Shown in pieces: positions 1-11,616 of a stretch of 64,000 nucleotides of DNA. Positions within the stretch are counted from its first letter, which is position 1. Each line of letters opens with the position of its first letter. Source of the stretch: Fimbriosthenelais zetlandica. Taxonomy: Eukaryota. The DNA lies in the NCBI GenBank assembly GCA_977030845.1, contig OZ365109.1, positions 23,808,001 through 23,872,000 of the forward strand. The letters run 5' to 3'. Both the position numbers and the translations under genes were made by a program. The notes below the pieces were generated by a model that did not search any database, was not told the origin of the DNA, and saw only the letters and a program-made list of their open reading frames with translations.

Positions 1-273
1 GGTAGATATGAATGCTGATTCTTTCCATCTGACCAGATCAAAATCTTCACTTGCCCTGAAACTATATTCTCTTTAAAACAATATAATTATGGGGTTTTAA
101 GGCTCTTCTGAAAAAGAAATTTCCTTAACTTTAGATCTCCAAGATTCTTTTGGAGAATGCCCATCACTGGATTGCAGTTGTAGATCAGCGGAAAGATTTT
201 GACATTCATGTCCCATATTAAAATATCCACTGCATGATTTTTAGTTCTTTTATATTTCTTTCTCGATTTTCAG

Positions 274-405
274 GTCTTTTTTGACCTCATGAGACTTATT
301 CGAGCCAAGAAATCCACAAGCCCGCCCACAAGCAACAGCAAGAAACAAGGAAACCATGCACCGGGAGAAAAGAAACGTGGAAAGAAAAAGTGCATTATCT
401 TATAA
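274..405 (+). CDS. RAL: Ral GTPase terminal exon A (VFFDLMRLIRAKKSTSPPTSNSKKQGNHAPGEKKRGKKKCIIL*); upstream exons lie outside the window
   Basis: Polypyrimidine tract + cag acceptor at 271-273; phase-0 frame starts VFFDLMR (the Ral helix-5 motif of RalA/RalB, [10 protein letters not shown]) and ends in a polybasic stretch + CaaX (CIIL) + TAA. Not in the ORF track (no start codon, <60 aa). Confidence 0.8.
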   Translation, partial: VFFDLMRLIRAKKSTSPPTSNSKKQGNHAPGEKKRGKKKCIIL

Positions 406-1125
406 AGTGAACACTGATAGGAGCGCCTGTTTTAATTCAGAGGTCCAGTTTTTGTCTTAAAAACGTCATAATTATGAGAGAGAGAAAGAAAAAAAAAACT
501 CTTCGAGGTCTCCCATACAAAGTGCCGCCATCTGGATAACCTCCCTGGAACGACTGGTCTTCCGTTATGGCCGCACACGTTTTTGGGGGCAGCACTGGGC
601 ACTGTTGATCACATACAGTTTGAAGCCAAATTATTCATCCACAGTTTCGCATTATTTTTATTGGCAAAATAATTTCACAGTTCTTTGTATTAACCTCAGA
701 TGCTTAATTTGAAGAGATCAGTAATCATTTTCATTTATCATCTGTGATATGGTTATCACAAACGGCTGCAATTTGTTTCACTAAATTTAATGTGCAGTGG
801 GTTGAATTGTGCTTCTGACTGTATAAATTATATCTATCCACTTTTATCATTTTCCCTCTGGTCGTCCTCACGACAAGGCTCCTCTTGACCATCTACATTG
901 GGTGGATAGTGAATGCATGCATTGTTTTTGCTTTTTGTTTTAAAATTACTGACTGTAAATGCACCTTCTAGTGAGTTAGAATCGGTAGTCTTTTCTCCCG
1001 CCGAGAACAACTCTAGAAAAGTAGAATAGCACCATTACAGTCCTTTACATGTTGAAGAACCATATGATTTGGTTATTTCTCTTTTTTAAAACAAGAAAGA
1101 AAAAAGAACATTTCGAGTCAAGATA

Positions 1126-1170
1126 AATAAAATAATCCCGAGATGATAAATATTATATTTATTTAATAAA
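1126..1170 (+). terminator. Candidate proximal polyadenylation signals for Ral exon A
   Basis: AATAAA at 1126-1131 and 1165-1170 followed by a T/GT-rich stretch (~1195-1225), upstream of the exon B acceptor. Confidence 0.45.
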
Positions 1171-3342
1171 AGAATTTGATATAATACGAGGATGCAAGTT
1201 TTTGTACTGATTTATTTTATAATTTTAAAATTCTGAATTCTTGAAATTAAACTAAAATGGAAGTTTGAACGGTTTATTAAAAAAAGGGGGGGGGGGAATT
1301 TGGCATGTCGGATTGAAAAAGTATTTTCTGTCCTGATTTCTACATTCTCACTCCAAATATATACCAGATATAGGCCTTATATTTTCAAGTAATTGTATTT
1401 TATTTATTGTAATCAACAATTATTTCTATTAAAAATTTAATTGTTTTTATATCGATATGCTTGACTTGCATCCCTGAACAAGTGTGAGGCAAACTGGTGA
1501 AAATCAACTTATGAAACACATTTTGTCAGAGCTTTAGTAGATTGCGCAGCGGCCAATGTGTGTTACGTTGTAAATATAAGAAATGTGTGCGTTTGCTGTC
1601 CGCAAGAAAAAAAATCGGGAAATTATTCAAAGTAATCGGGGGCATTCATGCAGAAGTGATGTACACATGCTGTTATTTGACAAGTAATAATGCAACGTGC
1701 TATTGACAAAATTAAATTATTTGTGACACCGTTTCTAAACTGGATTGATTAATTTCTCATGGATATAACATGAAGAGGACAATTAATAAATGTTTAGATT
1801 GTGATTTGACAAATTTCAGTTGAAGAGTACTTTAAAGATTATAACAAAGTGTATAGACTGCTCATCGAAATTTGTGTCCAAAGATTAATTCAGGGTATCC
1901 GTGTACAACATAATCTAAACATGCATTGACTGATATCTAAAATGTCCTCTTTTTTATCATAAATTAAATTCCTTATCTTCAGTATTTTTATCTTCTCATT
2001 CAATTCATCCAACCAAGAATTTCCAATCGTAAGGGTACTATGATACAATGTGCAATATATATCAAAAGAATCCTGAATTTGTGTAATTAAATACTGAGTC
2101 TAATTTCTTGGTCGTTAAAATTTCCATAGTTAAAATTTAAATTAATTTCAATCTGTTTAACTCAGATCCTTCTTTTGTTTTCCTAAAACTATACCGGTGT
2201 AATTAAGTTCAGGCTTTTAGAGCTGATTTTAAAATGTCTGTTTTAAAATTCATTATGCATGCAATATCCTTAGATCCCGAGATCGAAAGGCTTAAGACCG
2301 TATAACTAGCAGGCTGCTTTGGACAAAAATATTTCCTGTCCCCTTAAGATCCCCATATGATATCTTAAATACATCTCTGGACTTCTTTTGACCGGTCTGA
2401 TGTAGAGCAACCGGGCTGTCTTAAGTCTTTAAGATCTCAGTGGGTCGTCCACCTCCCATCACAAATTTATGCTTATCTACAAAATGTCAAATTAAACTAG
2501 TCTAGAAACAAAATTTCCTAAAGGTCCAATGAACATTTACACAGGATCCGTGTAAGTGGCCTGGCCTGTCAATGGCCCTTTATGTACAAAATAAATAATA
2601 TAGACATTCATGGATAAGCCATACTTCCTCCACTCCCAATTCCTTGCATTGAACTTGCATGACTCTCAGTACCATGCTTTTGCAAAGGACCGCCAGCGCC
2701 ACATAAAGGATAATGATTACAATACGTTCAATATTGATATAGGTTGATCGTTGGCAAAATCCTGTTTTTGAATGACTTAGTTTTCAGCCGCGAGATGTCT
2801 GTGTACATATATACTGAAATAAAAAAAAGTGCAGTATGATACCACTATATAACTCTCCCTTTCTTCTAATGTACCAGCACATTTTAGTGTGGCATATTTT
2901 AGTCTTATCTGTAGGTCTAATAGAGCTCAGAATTTTGAATTAAAATAATAAATATTCTTGTGAAACAACTGAAGAAATTTTGCAGGAAAAGAGTATTACA
3001 TTAGATCTTGGAAAAGGAGCCCTATACTAAGACGGGTACCCAGTATAGGTTTAAATTTTGTTTAAAAAAGATTTTGAGGAAAATGTGGTGTGGTGTAAAG
3101 CTAGTCTGATACTGGGGTCTAGAGCCAATTTTAACGTAAACGCGTTTGAGTCAACTGAATGCATATAAAATGGTGTACGCATTTGAAACGCACGCACGCC
3201 TCAGTGTGTTCCCACCGGAGAGACTAATCTGTGAATGGAATAATTTCGATTGAAATATAATTTAGCTCCGTTAACTGTGATAATTTCGCTTGTAAATAAT
3301 AGAACTGATATAATATTATGTTGTTCTCTTTACTTTTTCCAG

Positions 3343-3456
3343 GTATTCTTCGACCTCATGAGAGACATCCGATCGAGGAAAGTGGAAGCTAGCAAACAGA
3401 CAAACGGCAAGGGGAAAAAGAAAAAGGATAAGAAGAAGAAATGCATTATTTTGTAA
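3343..3456 (+). CDS. RAL: Ral GTPase terminal exon B (VFFDLMRDIRSRKVEASKQTNGKGKKKKDKKKKCIIL*)
   Basis: ctctttactttttccag acceptor ending at 3342; phase 0; resembles the RalA C-terminus ([23 protein letters not shown]...CCIL); lysine-rich HVR + CIIL + TAA. Confidence 0.9.
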   Translation, partial: VFFDLMRDIRSRKVEASKQTNGKGKKKKDKKKKCIIL

Positions 3457-3959
3457 ATTGTGTGAACAAGTGTTAATAGCATTAGTTTAGGTCTTTTTTC
3501 TTTTTAGAGTATGGTATGATAAGGCATATGGAAGAACATCTGTATATTCATCTCTTGGCTTGTTAAGATTGTACTGGTTCTTTTGGAGAAGTGCTTTTTG
3601 TTCGTACTGACATCTATGAAGGGTTTAAAATCATCTGTTGCCAGAAACTGCCAATTGTCGCAAAACTTGGAATAATTAATTGTCTAGAGTTAGGATATAT
3701 CTTAATGCTGTTGTACCCTGGAATTGGAAAAAATATTGCAGATCAATATGGAGAATGCCTCATGGATAGAATCTCTCAGTGGAAATACTATAACGATGCA
3801 TATAATACAACAGACCCCTCTTGATGTCATTGGTAATGTAGTATAGCCCACATTTGTTCTTATATGACTGGGTCTACACCAAGAGGACTGGGTCTTGTAC
3901 GTTTTGTATAGATTCCAGACCATTATAGAGAATGTAGAAAGTCTCCTGGATGGAGGGTT

Positions 3960-4370
3960 ATGTCTCTTGCACAATAGGTGGAGCTGCTGTCTATCTTCCT
4001 GTCAGTTTGGGTCATAGATTGGGTCAAGTCTCTTGCGGATGGCATCCATACTCCAACAGATCAAGACAAGTGCTTGCTTACAGTACTGGGCGGACTGGAC
4101 TGTCTCCTGGACTTTGGGCTTGTGTCTTGTAAACTAGGTCCAGTCTTCTGTGGTTGGATAATACGGTATCTCACAGACTTCAGTCTTTGCCAGCTCTGAG
4201 CAGATCTAGGCCACGTCTTGGGCTGTTTGGCTCTGGTCTCCTGCAGATTGGGTTCAGTCTCCTGCAGTTAGTCCAGTAACTAGCAAATTGGGCTCAGTTT
4301 CATGAAGTTTGTCGAGTATCTTGCAGATTGGATTGAGTCTCCTGCAGTTAGATTCCAAAAGGATCCATTC
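3960..4370. repeat. Degenerate short-period repeat (gtctcctgcag / gtctcttgc / gtcttctg units)
   Basis: Recurrent ctcagtctcctgcag-like units; the minus strand reads as broken QET/PNLQET repeats with stops in all frames. Confidence 0.4.
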
Positions 4371-7300
4371 AGACACAGACACAAAACATGGTGGACAAAC
4401 TCGATCCAACCTTTTGAGACCCAGTCCCCTTGTTGTTGACACCCTAATAGACCTAATACCATACATGTGTGATACCAGAACTCTTTCAGTCTCTGGTCAT
4501 GAGGAAGTGATACGTTACTGGTAGATTCTGTGTTTCTAGGAAATCTATAGTGAAGAGTTTTGGTGGAAAACTGCATGGATTGTCTCAGCATCCATCGTGT
4601 ATTATAATCTACCTACGACTAGGAAACAATAGTTTTGTTAATGGTGGGATATTGCATGCTCATACTCAGCATTTTTTTATAACCAAGTGTGAAGTTAGAA
4701 AGTGGCATATTGTCATGAGGTGTAGGTACTGGTGCAGGTGCGATGAAAATTTTAGCTTCACGGACTTCATTATCATAGTTGCTTTCTTGTGACCGACAAC
4801 CATGTAATTTAGATTTACATGTATTGAAAGGAATATGTGTTACTTTTGCGATTAATGCATGGATGGTAATCATTATGTAGGTTTGTAATTATTTTCTTTT
4901 TTTGCCGTGGAAAATATTGATCGATGTTTGGGATAAAAAAAAAACCCAAATTTACTTTGATTTGTAGGGACTTACTGATGAAATCACTCTGTACATGATT
5001 GTATTTAAATTAACTGGAATTCGTCAGAAGTTTTCAGATTCAACTTGTTTGAAATTTAATGATAATTTCTCGTTAATTCCGTGGGTTGTGGCTCTAACTG
5101 TTAGGCTATGAGTAATATGAATTGTAAACACTAGAAATCCTGTCAAATTCACCTAGAATTTATCTGGTCAAGTAAATAATAATTATAAATTTTGTTCGGC
5201 CATAAATTGGATGGTTTAAAAATGAATCATATTAAAATGGATTGATATGCCATTTTACATTTCTTCCATTTGTATAAGTGAGCACATAAAGCAGAATGAA
5301 TGCATTCAACTCGATGGATACTATTTAGTATTCCTCATAAATTCACATTAGCCATCTATGCACAGAAAATGTAGGCCTATTATAATTATATCATGCCACA
5401 GCTTAACAAATTAGGACTTTCACGCCACTGAGCTTGAACACGAGGTTCATTATTAACTTAATATTATTAATGTTTAATCTTTTTGTGTGAGAACGATCCT
5501 GTAATTCTAAGACTGGCACTACCTGACTGTAATTGCTAAAACTTTTTGGTGCCATGGCGGCACGCTGGAAGAGACTGCTATACATCCCCACAGGGCCCTA
5601 TTTCATAATAAATAACCCAGGAGTAGGGCCTAGATTATGAAACGGACTTCTGAATGTGTACAAATCCGCAATATTTAACCCTTATATAATGATAAGTATT
5701 GTCAAAGCTTGTTTGAATCGGTATGATGAAGAGCTTCGAGTGCGATTGTATAAAATGATTTTAAAATATTGTTTGGAAACGTGAGGATGTAAATTAAATT
5801 GTAAAGATATACATAATATATAGGACTGTAGTACATCCATTATCATCATTATAGATGTTGTGTTCTCGTCCACATCAGTGCTTTATGCGGCTGTAACAAA
5901 TCGCAATCATGTATAATTGAACCTGCAGTATGATAACCAATAGCTGTTACACATATGATTGGTATTTTATCGAGATATTTTCATTATTTTTTTTCATTTT
6001 TCGTTCAATAATATTGATATATAACGCAACGTCCCCAAAGTTATGATTTGATTTTATAAATTAGAGGTAGTGGTGATAGTGGTAATATTACTATGTTATC
6101 CCAATAATCAACGTGTGCTTTCATAATCAATCGAAAAGTTTATAATTGATCGTGTGGTAATTAGGGTATCATCAATTTATTCATGAATAGGTATTCTTAA
6201 TTATGTGACTGTTTCTCATAGCATATCACTCTGAACCTCCACTCTAGGGAAGCCGATAGGGATACATTATATATAGATCCATTTAGATTTTCATAAAATT
6301 TAATTTAATTTTTATACTGCCATGGTTTGACAATTTGGGCTCTGGTCAACACTTGGGAACTACATGTGGTAGCTACATGTGGTAGCTTCATTGTCATGAT
6401 TGACTTTAACATAAACGATTTCGTCATTGCTTTTTAAAAACTGTTTAATAATGAAATAATTATATTTCTAGCTTTTAATGACTAATCTGAATGTGGAATT
6501 ATGAAAAGTAGGATGTTTGGCATTCTGCCTATTTATTGGACAATTTTGAGGTTTTTTCCAGTGTTGTCAGAAGATGTAGTCATCTTAATTTTCATAAGGT
6601 TAAGTTCCTAGGGGAGGGCTGTTTCAGAAAGAATACCATTTATATATGCGCAACATTTGTCCATAGATTTAATATTGGATAATGTATGGGCGTTGTCGTC
6701 TGTAGTGCTTAGTTGTTATGGTACAGAACCCAGATGAAACTTGCATTATGTCAGAATTTATGTCCACTATAAAGCTACGATACAGCGTAAACTATAACAA
6801 AGAAACTGGAGTAATACTAAATAAGAAGCCTAAATTTGTGTATTTTTGTCATCACAGTATACTTCCATACCAAGACCGAGTGATAGAAAACTACATCCCG
6901 TTTTTAAATAAAATGTTATTTCACTCAGTATTGAAAAATGGCTAACTCAAATGATGAACTGGCAAACATTTTCTTCAATGTAATCCCAGTGACTTTATGT
7001 ACGGTATGCATATATTATTATATAATCGTTTAGTGAATGGGTATAATAAGTTCACTTCAATCTCGGATACCAGGACTGGTATGTGTAATTTTGACAAAAA
7101 ATGGATCAGAAGGCAGGTCACTTAATTGGATGTATATGGCCTTTTTTTGCCTTTTGTCTTGCCCTGACCATGCCATCATGGGAAATATTAAAATGGAGTG
7201 TTCATACCAAGCAACCTGAGCGGGAGAATCAGTCTTTTAACAGACTGGATCCCAATGAAAATGTATGGGATTAAGATTACAGTCTCGTGCACTCTCTTAG

Positions 7301-7984
7301 GTGTGAACATTGTATTAGAATATTCCATTGTTATCCTCGCTTATCAATGACGTCCGAAACCTTTAATTATTTCTTATTGTATAAGTGTGGGGGTGAATGG
7401 AAAGTTAGTTATTTCCCGTTCAATTATAACCATTTAGTAAAAAGGGCTTAGTTACGGTATGTGCCAATTTCCGTTTCATAATATTTTATTAAGAGATTTG
7501 TGAAAAAATACATTGCGTTTCAAAGAGTGTTGAAGTAGGGTTCGGTTGATTTTTCTCTACAAATTCAGCACCGAAAAAAAAAACGGTTTATGTTATCTAC
7601 CCAGTTGTGCTACTACTAAATGGAAGTCTTTCATTTGAAGCGTGGTTCTTCTTGTATACACGAAGATAAAGTTGTAAAGTGAGTATATGCTTGTGTGCTA
7701 GTGTAAAACTACCACCCGTTTTGACTGGACTATTTTCTTCTTACTTATTGCATGCTTCTTAATAAGAAGGATGTTCCCGAGATACTTTTTAAAGGTTAAA
7801 CGGGAGCTCACAATATTTAATTTGATGTCAGAAGAAGAAACCCATTTTAGCTGTTCATTTGGAACTCGCAATGTTTGCAAATAAAATCACAATTGCATTT
7901 CGTAAACATTGTCTGATGTCTCATTGTAGCCTATTAAATTTTCAGGAACTCCAAGCGTAGGCCTACTTAAAGTAAATCGCTACA

Positions 7985-8220
7985 TATTTTCTACGACATA
8001 GCAGTGTCGATTTGGGCTTGGTTTTCTTTCTGTTTGAATTACCGAGGTGAATGGGGTGTTCTGAATATTTTTGACTCAAAGGAAAACAAAGCTATCATCA
8101 TTGCGAAGCCGGAAATTTGTAGCGACCCATGGCGCAGAAAAATGATTTGCAAGATGGGGAACGAACCCCGGTCTCTCGCATACCAGGCCAGTGTCCTACC
8201 TCTAGACTACCTGGCTACGC
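7985..8220 (-). mobile_element. tRNA-derived SINE
   Basis: Minus strand begins GCGTAGCCAGGTAGTCTAGAGGTAGGACACTGGCCTGGTATGCGAGAGACCGGGGTTCGTTCCCC: Pol III A box (TAGTCTAGAGG) and B box (GGTTCGTTCC); no complete cloverleaf, followed by a non-tRNA body. 3' end is approximate. Confidence 0.65.
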
Positions 8221-8235
8221 CCCCTTATATTTAGC

Positions 8236-9398
8236 CTGAACCACCCAGGACAAGGCTGAAACACAAGTGTTCATAATTTGTTTCCACCCCGGACCCCACT
8301 CTGGCCTCCAACGACCACCCACAGCCCCATGTCTCCCTCTAGCACCCCCACCAAATTCCTTCAAAAACACCAGCCCGATTTGAAACTGCCAACCTATCAA
8401 AATCCCTTTGCATAGTCCACTGTGTAGGTACTGCCCATAGGCTCCAATGTTAAAATTTATTTAGCCCCCCGAACCCCTCCCCGGGCCGCAACATCCACCC
8501 CCCACCCACATATCTACCCCCCGACACACATCCCAACACCCCCCTAAAAATTCAGCCCGATCCTATGCTTTTAACCCATCTAAATCCCTTGAATACATCA
8601 AAAGTGTACCGCCCATAGGCTCAATGTTAAAAGTCACTCACGATTACAGGAATGTGTGCTACAGAGCCGGTTTCCCATTCTGCTACAATCGACCCTTTCT
8701 CTACTTAATATGTATTATTTTCACTCGAAACCACGGTTATATATGATTCATGACCTCTAAGTACTAATAAATATCAAAAGAGCAGAGACGTAAAACGAGG
8801 ATAGCATCGATTTCTGCGATATTGACAAATCGGCCGAATGTATACAGGCCTATAATTTGGCCTTTTAAAAACCTTAACAGCGCCCTCTCACTAAAAGTCG
8901 AAAAAGTTGAATAACTTTGTCAATAATGGGTCTAAAATTACAATTCAAACGGATTATTCTTAGTTGACAGCACCTCCAGGTATCTATGTGATTTTTGTGC
9001 GACTAAAATCAATTTAAAAAAATGATTTTTGAAAATGTGGTCAATTTGAGGTCTTTAGTATTGTTCTCTATGGAAGGAGCAAGCCAGCGCGACAGTAGGG
9101 ACCCGAGATTTGTAGCGGCCAAAAGGTGAACTAGCCTACTGTGATCAACCCACCAATACCAACGCTCCGTGTCGGGATTAGGTGAATGGGGTGTGGGTCA
9201 GAATGGTGGCGTGATTCAGGGGGATTGGGGCGGGGCGAGGCGGGAGCTAAATAACATTGAACAAAATTAACATTTAAGCATACATGTGGGCCAAAGGGGC
9301 TTATAAAAAAGTAGCGCCTACAAGTTCTGACTGGCAAATCGCCTCTCTCCATCACCCGTTTGACTTTTTTCTCTCTCTCCCTCCCTCCCTCCCTCCCT

Positions 9399-9432
<34 letters not shown>

Positions 9433-10308
9433 CTCTCTATCTCCGGTGAGGCGAGGAGGCAAGGCTTGTCGTACAGGCTACAAGCTAGCTAGATCATAGT
9501 ACCATAGTTCACCTTTTGACCGCTTCAAATCTCGGGTCGCCACAGCCGCGCTGGCTTGGTCCGTCCATAGAGTCCAATGCTGAAGCCTCAAATTGACCAC
9601 ATTTTCAAAAATCGAAATTTTAAATTCATTTCAATTGCACAAAAATCACATAGATACCTGGAGTTGCTTCCAACTAAGAATAATCCGTTTGAATTGTAAT
9701 TTTAGACCCATTATTGACAAAGTTATTCAACTTTTTCGACTTTTAGTGAGAGGGCGCTGTTAAGGTTTTTAAAAGGCCAAATTATAGGCCTGTATACGTT
9801 CGACCGATTTGTCAATATCGCAGAAATCGGTGTTATCCTCGTTTTACGTCTATGCTCTTTTGATATTTATTAGTAGAGGTCATGAATCATATATAACCGT
9901 GGTTTCGAGTGAAATTAATACATATCAAGTAGAGAAAGGGTCGATTGTAGCAGAATGGGAAACCGGCTCTGTAGCACACATCCATGTAATCGTGAGTGAT
10001 TTTTAACATTGGGCCTATGGACGGGACACTTTTACGGAATCCAAAGGATTTAGACAGGTTAGAAGCATAGAATCGGGCTGAATTTTTTGGAGGGAGTTGG
10101 TGTGGATGCCGGGGGTGGACATGGGGGTCGGGGTGGAGGTTGGGGGCCGGGGGGCTAAATAATTTTTAACATTAATTGGAGCCTATGGAAAGTACCTACA
10201 CCGTGGGCTATTCCAATGGATATTGAGAGGTTAGCCGTTTCAAATTGGGCTTTTTTTAAGGGGGGCACAATAATTCTAAACATTATGATTTAGACTTGTT
10301 CTGGTTGG
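8236..10308. mobile_element. Foldback/MITE-like element with long inverted arms (~8236-9146 and ~9492-10308) around a ~345 bp spacer
   Basis: The right arm reverse-complements the left arm over hundreds of bases (e.g. 8640-9050 vs 9590-10000, nearly identical); identity decays at both ends; no transposase ORF; no TSD identified. Confidence 0.85.
9371..9442. repeat. Compound microsatellite (CT)n(CCCT)n(CT)n(CTAT)n in the foldback spacer
   Basis: Directly visible. Confidence 0.9.
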
Positions 10309-11616
10309 TTCATAAACTGAGATATAGGCTACTAAGAAAATGTTTTAGCCTGATTTCTCCTTCTTGCTTGGTGATGCCCGTGCCGCGTAGGCCCATAGAA
10401 CGGACATCAGGTGTGGTCACAGTGGGTAAATGTCATCTGTGCATAAAGATTTCCACGCCAAAGTTCATCGGAGCGCCATAGGCATGGATTCAATACCAGG
10501 GCCTGGGAGGATCTGAGTTTGGAAATCTTTCCATAAGCCTATAGCCTATAACTATTATATCGAAATGTCCGTCAATTCAAACAACCTCTGTACTCAAAAG
10601 CAGTAGGCTAGTCATAAATGATCTCAACTGCGGATTATTCTTGATTTTTTTTATTCTTAAAATAAATAAGAGAATAATATCTGTACATTGCATCATCAAT
10701 ATACAAAAAGCCTGTCCAGGAACCAGTTCCAAAGCTATTAGCAATGCTCACGACTAATCTTTGTTCTGAAACGGTTTCCAACGGTAGCAACAGACTGGGG
10801 TAACGGCATAACATCCATCCATACAACCAAAAGCAGTAACATTGCGTCCACTTCAATCCCTTTGCCCGCGAACAATTTTCTTCAATTTACTCCGGGAAAA
10901 AGAATACTTTTTAGACTACAATCCTCAGATAAAAATACCAATATTCTCACAGGAATGAAGTAAAATATGGTTAATAAAATTAAGCATTCATGTAGCAGAT
11001 TGGATCAGTTTTGATCCCAATTGAAACAAAATATATTATTGATCATGTACCCAATTAAATGAAATATTTCCAACACTCGGATCACACAAGGTTTACGTAA
11101 GTAGGGGGTGGGGAAAATTATGAAAATGAATAACACTACCAGTTTTCTTCAAACCACTGCAATCGAAACAAATAAAATCCTGCAGAATTACCATATGGAA
11201 AACATATGGTTAAATGATGCAAATCTTTTCCAATTTTTGAGTATTTAACATAAGGAAAATAATTTATTACAGAAGTATGAAATTGGTTGCAGCTGCTTGT
11301 AAAATACCTCAAATTTATCATTTCTTTTCTATAAACCTATGTTTATTCAGGATAACATATACTTTGAATGCTGAAAATCATGTAGAATATCAGCAATTTC
11401 AAGACTCAGCAGCACTCTCTTTTTTCAATAGAATTTGATATATAGCAGAATACTGACATTTGGACATATAATATTATAAGTAATATACATGAAAACTGGG
11501 AAAACTGTTATAGAAGAACCACAGTTGGCGGATATGATGGAAGGTTTCACGTTGGGAATGGAGTCAAAACTTTTTTTCATGCCCTTCTTCTTCTTCCTCC
11601 TACTCGGGTAAAGGGA

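Noticed and set aside
521-535. CTCF-like cores (ccagatggcggcact here; tagatggcagcact at ~46578)
   Set aside because: Partial matches to a degenerate motif; expected by chance in 64 kb and untestable from sequence alone.
5551-5640. GCCATGGC palindrome giving strong Kozak contexts on both strands (MAARWKRLL... on +, MAPKSFSNYSQ on -)
   Set aside because: The + frame stops after 28 codons and I found no convincing downstream exons on either strand; may be a YY1-like motif or chance.
8155-8220. Possible tRNA gene
   Set aside because: A and B boxes are present but acceptor and anticodon stems do not pair and there is no terminator; treated as a SINE head. The same applies to 52890-52983 and 34490-34560.
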